Under the pieces are notes generated by a model. The model was not told the DNA's origin. It searched no databases and was given only the letters and a program-made list of their open reading frames with translations. A program made the translations under genes and the position numbers. Shown piece after piece: positions 36,673 through 46,467 of a stretch of DNA of 64,000 bases. Position 1 is the first letter of the stretch, and every line of letters starts with the position of its first letter. This DNA comes from a virus. Taxonomy: Duplodnaviria; Caudoviricetes. The DNA is taken from the IMG/VR virus record IMGVR_UViG_3300027971_000001. One strand, given 5' to 3'.

Positions 36673-37354
36673 AAATATGCCAATTTAATTTGTTTGTTGG
36701 ATATTCCCATGGTTCTATAGGTTTTGTATATCTATGCATATACAAAGGTTTATCCAGTGTTTTAAAAACCAAATCAACCATGAACATGACACAAGATTCT
36801 ATAACATGAACTTCTTTTGCATTCTCAATTATTTTACAATAATCAAATATATTGTTTGTATATTCAGGTTTGACCCTGAATATTTTTAAATTTTTGTCAG
36901 CTATTTTGGTTGTATCAACTATTTGATTTCTTGCAATATCATCATGAATAAAAACATATTCATTTGGTTCAAACCCGAAACTTGAATATAATTTATTTTC
37001 CCGTTCATGATCTCTTTCCACATGAAAGCTTTCCCATTTCTTGTTAAAATCCACTCCTGCTTGAGCATAAAAGCTTTTTTCAACAGTGTCCGCTCCTCCC
37101 ATTCCCAATTTATAAAAATTCTTTATTCCATGCAGATTTACAAAATATTGTGCTCCGCTTTCTTCAATCGGGAAAACTTTAAGATTGGGTAGATCCCGAT
37201 ACATGAATTCGATATTATAATAATATTTCAACTTGCTATACACATACAATTTGGGATGACGCTTGTATAGTTCTCTGACAAGACCATTGCATGTGACTTG
37301 ATCTCCTAATCCCAAATGAGTTAAAACATGACCTTCCTCGGACTTTATGATCAT
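36662..37354 (-). CDS. Putative GT-B glycosyltransferase-like protein
   Basis: HLGLGD N-terminus and AKEVHVIES C-terminal motif. Confidence 0.55.
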   Translation of the reverse strand: MIIKSEEGHVLTHLGLGDQVTCNGLVRELYKRHPKLYVYSKLKYYYNIEFMYRDLPNLKVFPIEESGAQYFVNLHGIKNFYKLGMGGADTVEKSFYAQAGVDFNKKWESFHVERDHERENKLYSSFGFEPNEYVFIHDDIARNQIVDTTKIADKNLKIFRVKPEYTNNIFDYCKIIENAKEVHVIESCVMFMVDLVFKTLDKPLYMHRYTKPIEPWEYPTNKLNWHIYER

Positions 37355-38199
37355 AGAGTTTGTACGTATTTTATAAGACTCTTGGCCCTGTTTTTGAAAG
37401 TATGTTTCTTTCGAACAAATTCTTCTCCCTTAATACCAACATCCTTGGCAACCAATGGATTGGCTTTGAGATAATTTATCTTTTCAATTGCTTCATCCAA
37501 GCTTTTGTATGAGAAAAAGGTTTCTCCTTCTTTGAATCCCAGATCATTATATTGATCGTCATAACTGGTAAGAAGACATGTTCCACATCCGGCGGTTTCA
37601 AAGCTTCGATAATTTATATCATTAAAAATGTTTTTATTAAACAAAACCATATATGAATTGATGGCCCGAATCATATGGATTCCTCGCACATCAATATCCA
37701 TTTTGAATTCAGGGAAACGATTCTGGATTGCATCAAACAATGGCTTTCGGTTGCAATAGTTTCCACAAAATCCCAAAAATGTGTTTTTTTCTATTTCTTT
37801 TATAGGTGTTATGAAATCTGAATCATAACAGTTTGGAAACCATACACTGTTTTCGTCAATAAAATATCTTGTTGCTTCCAGTATTTTTCTATATTTTCCT
37901 TTATTAAAAATGTTTAGATAATATTGTTTGCCCTGACAATGACTGTCGATTGCCCAAAGAAGCTTGATAGGTTTGTTATATTCTGAAAGATCAGGAACCC
38001 ATCCCACATCATAATTTTCTAAATTTATAATCACATCATATGAATTATAGTCTGGTTTCTTTTCAAAATTATCATGACCCAAACCCCAAACATCACATTC
38101 TTCCCCATGAAACCAAAGTGCACGTTGAAGACTGTTACATTCCCGTAAATGCTTGCTAACGATATGTCTTCCGTTTTCCTGTATGATCAAGAATTTCAT
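37351..38199 (-). CDS. CgeB/YkvP-type GT-B glycosyltransferase
   Basis: LGFCG, NYRSFETAGCGTCLLT, EAIEKI..L, KHTF..R. Confidence 0.8.
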   Translation of the reverse strand: MKFLIIQENGRHIVSKHLRECNSLQRALWFHGEECDVWGLGHDNFEKKPDYNSYDVIINLENYDVGWVPDLSEYNKPIKLLWAIDSHCQGKQYYLNIFNKGKYRKILEATRYFIDENSVWFPNCYDSDFITPIKEIEKNTFLGFCGNYCNRKPLFDAIQNRFPEFKMDIDVRGIHMIRAINSYMVLFNKNIFNDINYRSFETAGCGTCLLTSYDDQYNDLGFKEGETFFSYKSLDEAIEKINYLKANPLVAKDVGIKGEEFVRKKHTFKNRAKSLIKYVQTL

Positions 38200-38939
38200 A
38201 TGTAATACTTCCTCCGGTGGTGAAAAAACAATTGTTTATAGGGTGAATTTTGTTTGATTTTATGATTGCCCCATTGAGATGGATCCCGTTGAATGGTTAT
38301 TTTATATCTTATTGAAAGCAAGGACAGAATGGATTGGTCATGACGATGATCTTGAAAGTCTTTATTAAAATTTTCAGTTATATTTGGAGCATCCGAGATT
38401 ATATTATAATTCTGACAAACATCAAGATAACAATCAAAGAACTTTTTGCTAAAATCAGTTTTACGAAAAACAATATAAGATGCATTTACCTGATTGCCAT
38501 ACAGATATTCATCTGTCTTTAATCCCATGATATTAAAACAATCAGATTTTGTCCATTGATTATTTTTCCAAACATTACCATTTGGTTCACCATCTGTGTT
38601 TTCAAATAAAATAATTCCTTTTTCATCTTTTTTGCACAAATCATACAAAGGAGACAGGTCACCAATCACTTCATTTCCTGAATCAACATACATAAAAACA
38701 TCATCATCAGATGCTTTATCCAAGAACTTTTTTATAAAATAACCTTTCCAAACCCAATAACCAAATCCCCTCTTTTCATTGAAATGCCGAATATTCTTTT
38801 TATAAAATTCAGATTCAATATCTGGTTCTTTCAAAATATGAATCTGATTCACATTTGCATGCTCTTCAGCACTGGCTTTTAAAGCATCTAAAGTTGGATA
38901 ATATTTCCAGTTTCCGAAACTAAACAACGCTTTTTTCAT
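38196..38939 (-). CDS. Putative glycosyltransferase
   Basis: GYWVWK, YVDSG, HRHDQSILSLL. Confidence 0.65.
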   Translation of the reverse strand: MKKALFSFGNWKYYPTLDALKASAEEHANVNQIHILKEPDIESEFYKKNIRHFNEKRGFGYWVWKGYFIKKFLDKASDDDVFMYVDSGNEVIGDLSPLYDLCKKDEKGIILFENTDGEPNGNVWKNNQWTKSDCFNIMGLKTDEYLYGNQVNASYIVFRKTDFSKKFFDCYLDVCQNYNIISDAPNITENFNKDFQDHRHDQSILSLLSIRYKITIQRDPSQWGNHKIKQNSPYKQLFFHHRRKYYI

Positions 38940-39676
38940 TGAATCTTACTTAAATCAGCTTTGATTCCCAGTATCTGTTCCCATTTTTTGGCTTCTTCGA
39001 TACGAGCATCTCTCAGCTTGGGCCAAATAAGATCGGAATGTTCTTTGTTTTCACCTTCATGTTTACGCATATCGTCGGCCACCTTGTCATATTTGCTGGT
39101 TCCAAACACCCAATGATTATGTGTGATGGTGATATCTGAACGATAAACCTTTCGCCCAAATGCCGTATACATGTTGTCCAGCCATTGATCAATCCAATTA
39201 CGACTAAATTCTTTTCGCATGAAATAACCAGTTACTTCCATGTAACGACGATGAATAAACAACCATGCAGCAAATTGATCATTGCGATGGCCATCATATC
39301 CGCAAACAAGCTTGAACTTGTCCGGGCATTTTTCAGCAGAGAACTCTTCCAGGATTTTCTCATCCCAACCATCTGTGCTGAATACCATGTCATCTCCAAG
39401 CATGCTGATAATTTCTTCGGTACTGTTTTCTGCTAATGTGTTCCAAAGATAACCAAGGCTGAATTTTCCTTCAGGATTGGGAGGAATCACAACGATTTTC
39501 AAATTGCTTATTGCTTTTGCCATTTTTTGACAACGTTCCAATGTAGGATCATCTTTGTCTATTCCCATGTAAAGTGTGTAGTTATCTGGATTCTTGCATC
39601 GAGACAATGCACTCATCATGAAACTGATTTTATTGTTTAATCGTTCCCGTGTTGGAAGTAATAATGCTATTTTCAT
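38936..39676 (-). CDS. GT2-like glycosyltransferase
   Basis: LLLPTRER, GIDKDD, LGDDMVF (DxD-like), W.D.W. Confidence 0.75.
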   Translation of the reverse strand: MKIALLLPTRERLNNKISFMMSALSRCKNPDNYTLYMGIDKDDPTLERCQKMAKAISNLKIVVIPPNPEGKFSLGYLWNTLAENSTEEIISMLGDDMVFSTDGWDEKILEEFSAEKCPDKFKLVCGYDGHRNDQFAAWLFIHRRYMEVTGYFMRKEFSRNWIDQWLDNMYTAFGRKVYRSDITITHNHWVFGTSKYDKVADDMRKHEGENKEHSDLIWPKLRDARIEEAKKWEQILGIKADLSKIQ

Positions 39677-40473
39677 GCTTTACCCTCCTTTTTGATTTTC
39701 TTCATAATCTGTAGAACCTTTTCTTTTGAAGAATCTGGTACGCAATTTTGCCATGCCGGATTATAACCATGCTTTTTATAAAATAAAGAGCATCCTTTCT
39801 GAATATTTTCTCGCCAATCATTACGAGGACGAATGGAACTGCTGTGTTCAGAACACATTAGTTCATCAATATAATCCATGCTATTGGCCAGATCAGGCCA
39901 GTTCCAATAAGGAGTTGTATATCCTGCAAGGGCTATGCGATAACTGTGTTCCACATGCTCAAAAGCATTTAGAAAATCCTCATCAAACAATCCAATCTTT
40001 TCAAGAACCTCCCTTGTATAATAACAAAAACTACCCACACAGCCCTGAACTATGGCAATTCTTGTATTTTCTGGATATTCCACAATAAACCGGGGACAGG
40101 CAGGACCGCCAGAAACTCCATTTTTGTTGGCAGGACCATGATAAGCAAACATAAAATGCTGAATTCCTGTAATATCTCTTGCCTGTATATAAGCATCAAA
40201 AACTTCAGGTTTTTTGATCAACATGTCATCTTCAACTATAAAAATGTGTTCACACCCCTTTTCCAAAAGCTTTTTAAATAATATATTTTTACATTTTCCT
40301 ACCCCTAAATTTGTTTTATTTTGTATAAAAGTGTGGTTTTGGCGTTCCGGAACCTGAAATTGCTTTCCATCATTGACAGTAACAGTATAAATCTCTTCAG
40401 GAATGCTGTTTAAGCATTTATTGTAAAAATCTGGTCGATTGCAAGTAACTATGCCAATTCCAATATTTTTCAC
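39673..40473 (-). CDS. GT2-family glycosyltransferase
   Basis: IVTCNR, VNDG, NLGVGKCKN, IVEDDM, GLFDEDF...EHVE; GTG start. Confidence 0.85.
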   Translation of the reverse strand: MKNIGIGIVTCNRPDFYNKCLNSIPEEIYTVTVNDGKQFQVPERQNHTFIQNKTNLGVGKCKNILFKKLLEKGCEHIFIVEDDMLIKKPEVFDAYIQARDITGIQHFMFAYHGPANKNGVSGGPACPRFIVEYPENTRIAIVQGCVGSFCYYTREVLEKIGLFDEDFLNAFEHVEHSYRIALAGYTTPYWNWPDLANSMDYIDELMCSEHSSSIRPRNDWRENIQKGCSLFYKKHGYNPAWQNCVPDSSKEKVLQIMKKIKKEGKA

Positions 40474-40506
40474 TTGTATTGATTTACTTTAAAATAAATA
40501 ATATCA

Positions 40507-41148
40507 ATGGCCGATCCTAATGTAATTAATATCAAAACATTGCCTCGTGTAGAAGAAGTTGTTAATGGCAATCTTTTGATAGTTGAAACTGAACAAGGCA
40601 CAAACACAATTGATTTTTCTAATTTTGTTGTTGGTCCAAATAATGTTAGTTTTTACACACAAATAACAAATCTTTCTGCACAAAACATTTCGCTCAGTGC
40701 AAGCACAACAACTCAAATTGCTAATCTTTCCACCACAACAAACCAACAAATCACAGCTTTAAACACCCGGATAGATTCGCTTTCAGCAACTGTTTCAAAT
40801 GCCGTATCATCTGTTTTCTATGCAGCAAGTGCAATATTCATAGGTTATGGGTCAACTGCCAGCAATTTGATCACAATAACAAAACCAACCAATTTTAACC
40901 TGCAGGCAAATGATTTTGTGCTAACTCTTGCAACAAGTGCGCAACCTGCTCCTTTGGGTGGTTCGCCTAATTTTCCAACCGGAGCATCTGGATTTGATCT
41001 TATCAGTGCTTTCCCGTTACCGTTTGTTCGGGACCAGGATGTGGCGAATGTGGGAAATACTTGTCAGTTCACAATTCGTTTGACACATACACCCAAAATA
41101 AGTGCAGTGGGTGTGCGATATCTTATTAGTCGTCCTTACGGAATCTGA
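40507..41148 (+). CDS. Probable fibre-associated structural protein
   Basis: INIKTLP...LLIVE...T..IDF fibre-type N-terminus, S/T-rich heptads; TAAATA 6 nt upstream. Confidence 0.6.
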   Translation: MADPNVINIKTLPRVEEVVNGNLLIVETEQGTNTIDFSNFVVGPNNVSFYTQITNLSAQNISLSASTTTQIANLSTTTNQQITALNTRIDSLSATVSNAVSSVFYAASAIFIGYGSTASNLITITKPTNFNLQANDFVLTLATSAQPAPLGGSPNFPTGASGFDLISAFPLPFVRDQDVANVGNTCQFTIRLTHTPKISAVGVRYLISRPYGI

Positions 41149-44100
41149 TTATTTTGCTCTTGCGTATTTAAAAGGGGATTCTGCGAAAGCTGCAAATATA
41201 ATTGTACCATTATTACTTGCAGTTGTGTTGCTTCTTAACTTAAATCCATTTGAAACATAGTCCATGATTGGAGGGGAGTAGGGACCTCCCTCTGTATTTG
41301 AATAGTTTGGGTAAATCTCAACATCATAACCATTGTAAATAGACCTTGCCGTGTCCTTAATAATCCAAGGTTCGGCAGAGTCCGTTCTTTTTATCATTAA
41401 AAATCTCGGTCTAAACCCACAATAAACAAACGGACCATCTGTCGAGGCATTTCCTGCGTAGCTTCCGAACTTTGAATAGCCGTCTATTTCAGCGAAGCAG
41501 TAGGCAATCATATTCACACTTGCTACCGATAATCCACCGCCAGTAACACCAAAGACTGATGGTGTGGGAAGGCTAGCTCCCCACACGGTGGAAAATGTTA
41601 CAACTGCATCAGTAGTGTTTAGTCGTAAGAATTTTGATGTAGTATCACAAACTGAAGAATGATAAACACCCCAATTATTGACATTTGTATCCCTGTTTTT
41701 TGCAATTATCATTTTTGGTACAACGCCAAGACCGTGACCAACAGTTTCTTGATTTGTTCCAGATGCGTTGACAAAACTCACAATACTAAACCCAGCCTGC
41801 GGATTTGCCCTGACGGTGCTGGTGATAGAGCCATTAGTGTTAGTGGAGCTAGTTGAACTTGCTTGCCAAGCCCAAGCAACATAAGTTGAACCACTATTGT
41901 TGGCTGTTATACTGGTATTCAGGGTAAATCCATCCTGATTAAAATTAGTCAAAAATGAATCAGGCGAGCCTGCTCTTGTGTTATTAGAACACAACACTTC
42001 TCCCGTTCCCCTTACAGTATCCGACAAAACATGACTTATATTCTGTGATCTGCTTTTGACCCAAACCAGATCAGGAGCAAATGCCAATCCAGAAGGTGAA
42101 ACAAACGTTGACCCTGTTCCATTATATGTTACGGCATCAAATGCAGATTTGGATTTTTTAATTGTCGGAGTTGTTAAGTTTTGAGTGCAGAGTGCCTTGA
42201 AGCCAGTTGGTGCGGTGTAGGCAAATGGGCGTTGGCCGAAGTTTGCAACTGCCTGATCTCCAGAATAAGTGTTGCAAGCAAAGTAGTAGGATAGCCCAGA
42301 AAGTATAGAATATGTTTCTGTTGTTCCAGATGCTGGGTTCCCGCTGTTAGCCCAAGACCCATTCCTACCAAACCACACCTTGTTGTTATCTAGATCAAGA
42401 GCAACCATATAAATATCGTTAACAACTGGGGAGCTGCCTCCAAAGTTTGTTATAGTCGAATAGATATTGTTATTTTCTTTATATGTCCCGCCACCAACAT
42501 AAGCGGAGTACCCATCAGCATATTGACTGATGTATGGATTACCGCTGGTCACAATTGAGGTGTTTGCAGAACTGATAATTCCAATTCTGAATGGGTTTGA
42601 CGCGGCGGTATTTGTAAACTCGCAGTACCACTTTCCAGTAGACATTGCAATTGAGGATACGCCTAAAGCATTCTTACCGTTAGCCCCACCAGTATGGGTT
42701 AACGTAAGGTTCCCATCCGTTATAATACCTCCAATATTTCCAAATAATGGGTTAAGTGTCGCGTAGTTCCCTCTCACCTCACCACCCAATCCTGTATCAT
42801 TTCCATAATCTGTTGGACTATCCAAAAGACTGTCATTGCCTGCTCCTGATGTGACGGAGAGATTGGTAGCTACCCAATTATTATAACCTCCAGTAGGAAG
42901 AGATCTGTCTTCTCCCAGCGCCAAAGTAGGATTTTGAACGGATGTCACCGTATACATATAAGGTCCTGCTGATGATCCTTGTTCAAGTTGTGCACCCCAA
43001 ATGTAACTTCCTTTTACGCCGTCTCCGCTAACAGCATTAAACTGATAGTTTACAGTGAATGTTGTGCCCGCTCCTGTTCCAAGATTCACAGTACATGTGA
43101 CACGATACCATCCATCCCCTACTGAAGTTATTGTTCCGGTTGCTCCATTTATTCCATCAGTTATATTTCCAGTAGCTAAATCAAAACCTATATAAGCATA
43201 AGAGGTATCTTTCTTTTGTATATAAAGTACTCCTGTAGTAAAATCCAAAGCTTTCAAATAAACAGAACTGGTCCATACTTGATTATCTGTTGCACTTCCT
43301 GTCGTGTTAAATTGACCCAGAATCTGCCCGTTATTAATGACCATCTTATCTGCTGTGTTTGTTCCATTTGGAGCAGTGGTTGCATTAGTAACACATGTGC
43401 TTTGATACTTTGTCCAAAATACGTTTGAAAAATCCTCTGAATACGTAAAATAATTTGCTGTAGTAGATTGATTTTGAAAAGGCAAATAAAAACCATTTGT
43501 TCCATATGTTCCAACATATTTTTTGGGCATCCAAGATCCTGTAATTGAATCGGTATAACCAAAGCTGGAAGAATCCAACGCTTGACCATCAATGAAGTTA
43601 ACTTCAGACATATAACCGTCAAAGTAATTACCATTATACGTCCCAAGTCTTCCAATAGCCATTTCAACAGATGCCTGATTAAACCTTCCATCGACGTTCT
43701 GAGGAGTTGGGTAAGTACTAGCTCCGTCGAATGCGGTTAGTCTAACTCCATTAACGTATAGCTTCACTCTCTCGGATGCCGTGGCTTGAGTTGTGTCGTA
43801 TTGGGCAACCACATGATACCAAGCAGAAGTATCTCGGTACAGACTTGACGATAGAACATACCAATCCCACCCACTTGTTGCGTAGTCCCCAAAGAATAAT
43901 GTATCAGAACCAAACCCAAGATATATACCATTAGTCCCAGTAGGGGCTTGAGCATTTCCAAGAAAATAATAAGACGCCGACCCAATTGTTGTTCTCTTCA
44001 CCCAAGCGCTAAATGTCCAAGTCTTGCGATTACCCGCAGCCGAAGGTATTCTGCTTAAATACGCTGAGTCCAAAGGATTAAACCGCAGACTTCTGGATAT

Positions 44101-44169
44101 TTTATAGCTGCTTGAACTACTGCTATAAGGTATTACAGAAGCGGATCCGAATGTGCTTTTGGCTGGCAT
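41149..44169 (-). CDS. Multi-domain lectin-type tail fibre/spike (LamG/ConA, CBM-like, SPRY-like)
   Basis: WTFSAWVKR...FDGYMSEVNFIDG (LamG), WGAQLE (CBM-like), GKWYCEF...LDLDN...G.NG.W (SPRY-like), YVAWAW...GFSIV...HGLG..P module. Confidence 0.82.
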   Translation of the reverse strand: MPAKSTFGSASVIPYSSSSSSYKISRSLRFNPLDSAYLSRIPSAAGNRKTWTFSAWVKRTTIGSASYYFLGNAQAPTGTNGIYLGFGSDTLFFGDYATSGWDWYVLSSSLYRDTSAWYHVVAQYDTTQATASERVKLYVNGVRLTAFDGASTYPTPQNVDGRFNQASVEMAIGRLGTYNGNYFDGYMSEVNFIDGQALDSSSFGYTDSITGSWMPKKYVGTYGTNGFYLPFQNQSTTANYFTYSEDFSNVFWTKYQSTCVTNATTAPNGTNTADKMVINNGQILGQFNTTGSATDNQVWTSSVYLKALDFTTGVLYIQKKDTSYAYIGFDLATGNITDGINGATGTITSVGDGWYRVTCTVNLGTGAGTTFTVNYQFNAVSGDGVKGSYIWGAQLEQGSSAGPYMYTVTSVQNPTLALGEDRSLPTGGYNNWVATNLSVTSGAGNDSLLDSPTDYGNDTGLGGEVRGNYATLNPLFGNIGGIITDGNLTLTHTGGANGKNALGVSSIAMSTGKWYCEFTNTAASNPFRIGIISSANTSIVTSGNPYISQYADGYSAYVGGGTYKENNNIYSTITNFGGSSPVVNDIYMVALDLDNNKVWFGRNGSWANSGNPASGTTETYSILSGLSYYFACNTYSGDQAVANFGQRPFAYTAPTGFKALCTQNLTTPTIKKSKSAFDAVTYNGTGSTFVSPSGLAFAPDLVWVKSRSQNISHVLSDTVRGTGEVLCSNNTRAGSPDSFLTNFNQDGFTLNTSITANNSGSTYVAWAWQASSTSSTNTNGSITSTVRANPQAGFSIVSFVNASGTNQETVGHGLGVVPKMIIAKNRDTNVNNWGVYHSSVCDTTSKFLRLNTTDAVVTFSTVWGASLPTPSVFGVTGGGLSVASVNMIAYCFAEIDGYSKFGSYAGNASTDGPFVYCGFRPRFLMIKRTDSAEPWIIKDTARSIYNGYDVEIYPNYSNTEGGPYSPPIMDYVSNGFKLRSNTTASNNGTIIFAAFAESPFKYARAK

Positions 44170-45677
44170 TAATAATATTCATTCACTGAGGCTAAAACAT
44201 TAAACACGGCATTGCCTCGTTTGATGATTGTATAAGCGTAATTTTGCAAAGCTCTTGTGTTGGAAACCACTGCTTGAGGAGTCAGACCATTCAGATAAAG
44301 TGGAGTAAATGTTGTTCCATCAATTTGAACGGCGCTATTATAATAAACTGTGGTTCCTGTTGAAACGATTGATACACAGGTGAAACTTTGACCTGCACTC
44401 ATGATACTGTTCAAGCTTGTATTATTATCTCCACGGAAATTAACTATCCAGTTACCTGAAGAACTTAAAGTAAGGAAAAGAACAGATTGTGTGAGTATGT
44501 CAAAATTAACTGTACTGTTGGCCCGAGAAGCTGAAAGTGTCACCTTTTCTTTGATTTCCTCCACGTATGTGGTTCCTGCTACAAAAAGCAGAGTATCTGG
44601 ATTTGCTGTACCTATTCCGATTCTTCCATTGTTTGCAATATAAAGTGCATCACCGCTTTCACTGTCGAAGAATCTTGCAACGGGTTCATTTCCTGTTTGT
44701 TGAACTGTCAAAGCAGGACCAGTACCTGCATTGTAAACGCTGAGTGCACTTGTAACTGTAACAATAGTATCCAAAAATGTAAAAGTGCCGAGAGCGGTCA
44801 GATTACCTGATACTGTCAAATCACCATTTATGTTTCCCCCGGAAATTGGAACAAAATTTCCATTTACGAAACCTATGGTTGCATAAGTTGCGCTGTTGCT
44901 GCTGAATTGGGTATATGTATTGTTCCAATTCGCACTGTTAACAGAAACTGATGTATATGTGTTGTTCCAATTCGATGAAAGTGTTGGAATGTCTCCTAAA
45001 TTTACTGCTGTTCCTGTAAGATAATTAGAGCTGTTTCCTACAAGATTGGTGTATGCCAAAGTCCAATAGGATGAAAGTGTTGGAATATTTCCTAAATTTA
45101 CCGCTGTTCCTGTAAGATAATTAGAGCTGTTTCCTACAAGATTGGTGTATGCCAAAGACCAGAAAGCACTATTCACATTTGTTGTGGAATAAACACTATT
45201 CCAATTCGGATTGTTTGCGCTAACAGTTACGCTTCCTACATTTCCACTGATAAGTATATTTTCTCCGGCAATGATTTGGGCAACACTTCCTGAAACGGCG
45301 GCATTCCAAGTTGCGCTATTCACATTTGTTGTTGTATAAACACTGTTCCATGAAGACGAGGCATTTCTGACTGAAGTGTATGTACTGTCCAAGGTGTCTG
45401 ATAATGATGTTACTGTGCTATATACACTATTCCAATTGGATGATGTGTTATAGACTGAAGTGTATGTACTGTTCCAATTTGCACTGTTTGAATATAAAAT
45501 AGTATAAAGGTCATTACCGCTATTGGTTTCAAGAAAAGTGATAAGGTCCGCAACCGTTATCTTCAGTTCTTGCCGATTTCCATCAAAATCTGTGGTATAT
45601 CCTACAATATAATCGGAAGCAGAAAGACTGGTTCCGGTTTTATTTTCAAAATCACTAAAATTTACAATAAGACCCAT
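44169..45677 (-). CDS. Tail-fibre-like protein with 14-residue W/Y-S/T/N repeats
   Basis: WNSxYTxVxxNSA repeats, GDLTVSGNL, GRIGIGTANP; TAAATA 6 nt upstream. Confidence 0.8.
   Translation of the reverse strand: MGLIVNFSDFENKTGTSLSASDYIVGYTTDFDGNRQELKITVADLITFLETNSGNDLYTILYSNSANWNSTYTSVYNTSSNWNSVYSTVTSLSDTLDSTYTSVRNASSSWNSVYTTTNVNSATWNAAVSGSVAQIIAGENILISGNVGSVTVSANNPNWNSVYSTTNVNSAFWSLAYTNLVGNSSNYLTGTAVNLGNIPTLSSYWTLAYTNLVGNSSNYLTGTAVNLGDIPTLSSNWNNTYTSVSVNSANWNNTYTQFSSNSATYATIGFVNGNFVPISGGNINGDLTVSGNLTALGTFTFLDTIVTVTSALSVYNAGTGPALTVQQTGNEPVARFFDSESGDALYIANNGRIGIGTANPDTLLFVAGTTYVEEIKEKVTLSASRANSTVNFDILTQSVLFLTLSSSGNWIVNFRGDNNTSLNSIMSAGQSFTCVSIVSTGTTVYYNSAVQIDGTTFTPLYLNGLTPQAVVSNTRALQNYAYTIIKRGNAVFNVLASVNEYY
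44974..45161. repeat. Tandem duplication, 96-bp period, in frame
   Basis: 44974-45065 versus 45070-45161: 88/92 identical by manual alignment. Confidence 0.9.
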
Positions 45678-45707
45678 TTGTAATATTTACAAAAATGGGA
45701 TGGAATA

Positions 45708-46430
45708 TTAGATACCAAATTTTCTGTATAATTCTTTTTCTTTGTTTTCTGCTGCCAAAGCTTGTTTTTGATCCTTAAGAAGATCCTCCATTTTAAGAAG
45801 ATCTTGTGGATTGAATATGGCTTGATCTTCACCATATGAACCGCCTTCTGGAGTGATATAAAGCTTGGCAATTGCTATTCTTTCTTCAGGTGCTCCATGC
45901 AGATCAATAACTGCCGGAGAATCATTTTTTGGAAAAAATGCAAAACAACCATCTTTCCGATATCTGCTGTAAATTTCTTTGAAAATAACATCAATTTCTT
46001 CCAGATATTTCAAATCTTTTTTGGTATCAGTTTCCCTCAACACAATCTTGTTGGCTGGACTTGTGACCAATAAAAATATAATATCCAGTGAACGCATGCT
46101 TTCTATGACTAATGGAATGGTTTTTTCCAAAAGATAAGGATCACACCCTTTGTTTCCTTTTTCATGACCCCACATGCTGTATACAAGATTGTCCAAAGGA
46201 CAACGATCATGAATCACATTGTCATCCTTTTTATAACTTGAAACCTGTTCAACCAGTTGGTTTAAAACCCGCAATTGTGTTTTGCCATCCGTGTTCTGAC
46301 TGTGTTTGTTCTTTTTAATTTCAGACCTATAAGTTTTTTCAGGGGTTTTATACTCAGGCCACTGTTTTATAAAGTCATTAACAAATGTGGTTTTACCCAA
46401 CCTGCCTGCACCGCTTACAGCTATACGCAT
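45708..46430 (-). CDS. P-loop nucleotide-kinase-like protein (AAA_28/dNMP kinase-like)
   Basis: GAGRLGKTT Walker A, IHDRCPLD. Confidence 0.75.
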   Translation of the reverse strand: MRIAVSGAGRLGKTTFVNDFIKQWPEYKTPEKTYRSEIKKNKHSQNTDGKTQLRVLNQLVEQVSSYKKDDNVIHDRCPLDNLVYSMWGHEKGNKGCDPYLLEKTIPLVIESMRSLDIIFLLVTSPANKIVLRETDTKKDLKYLEEIDVIFKEIYSRYRKDGCFAFFPKNDSPAVIDLHGAPEERIAIAKLYITPEGGSYGEDQAIFNPQDLLKMEDLLKDQKQALAAENKEKELYRKFGI

Positions 46431-46463
46431 AAGATTATCTTACCTTATGCCTTTATTATTCAA
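46431..46463 (-). promoter_or_regulatory. Sigma70-like promoter abutting start codon
   Basis: TTGAAT(46458-46463)-N15-TAAGAT(46437-46442)-N6-ATG(46430). Confidence 0.65.
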
Positions 46464-46467
46464 TAAT

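Noticed and set aside
41149-45677. Diversity-generating retroelement targeting fibre genes
   Set aside because: No reverse transcriptase in the window; the only near-identical repeat is a tandem in-frame duplication whose mismatches are not adenine-specific TR/VR type.
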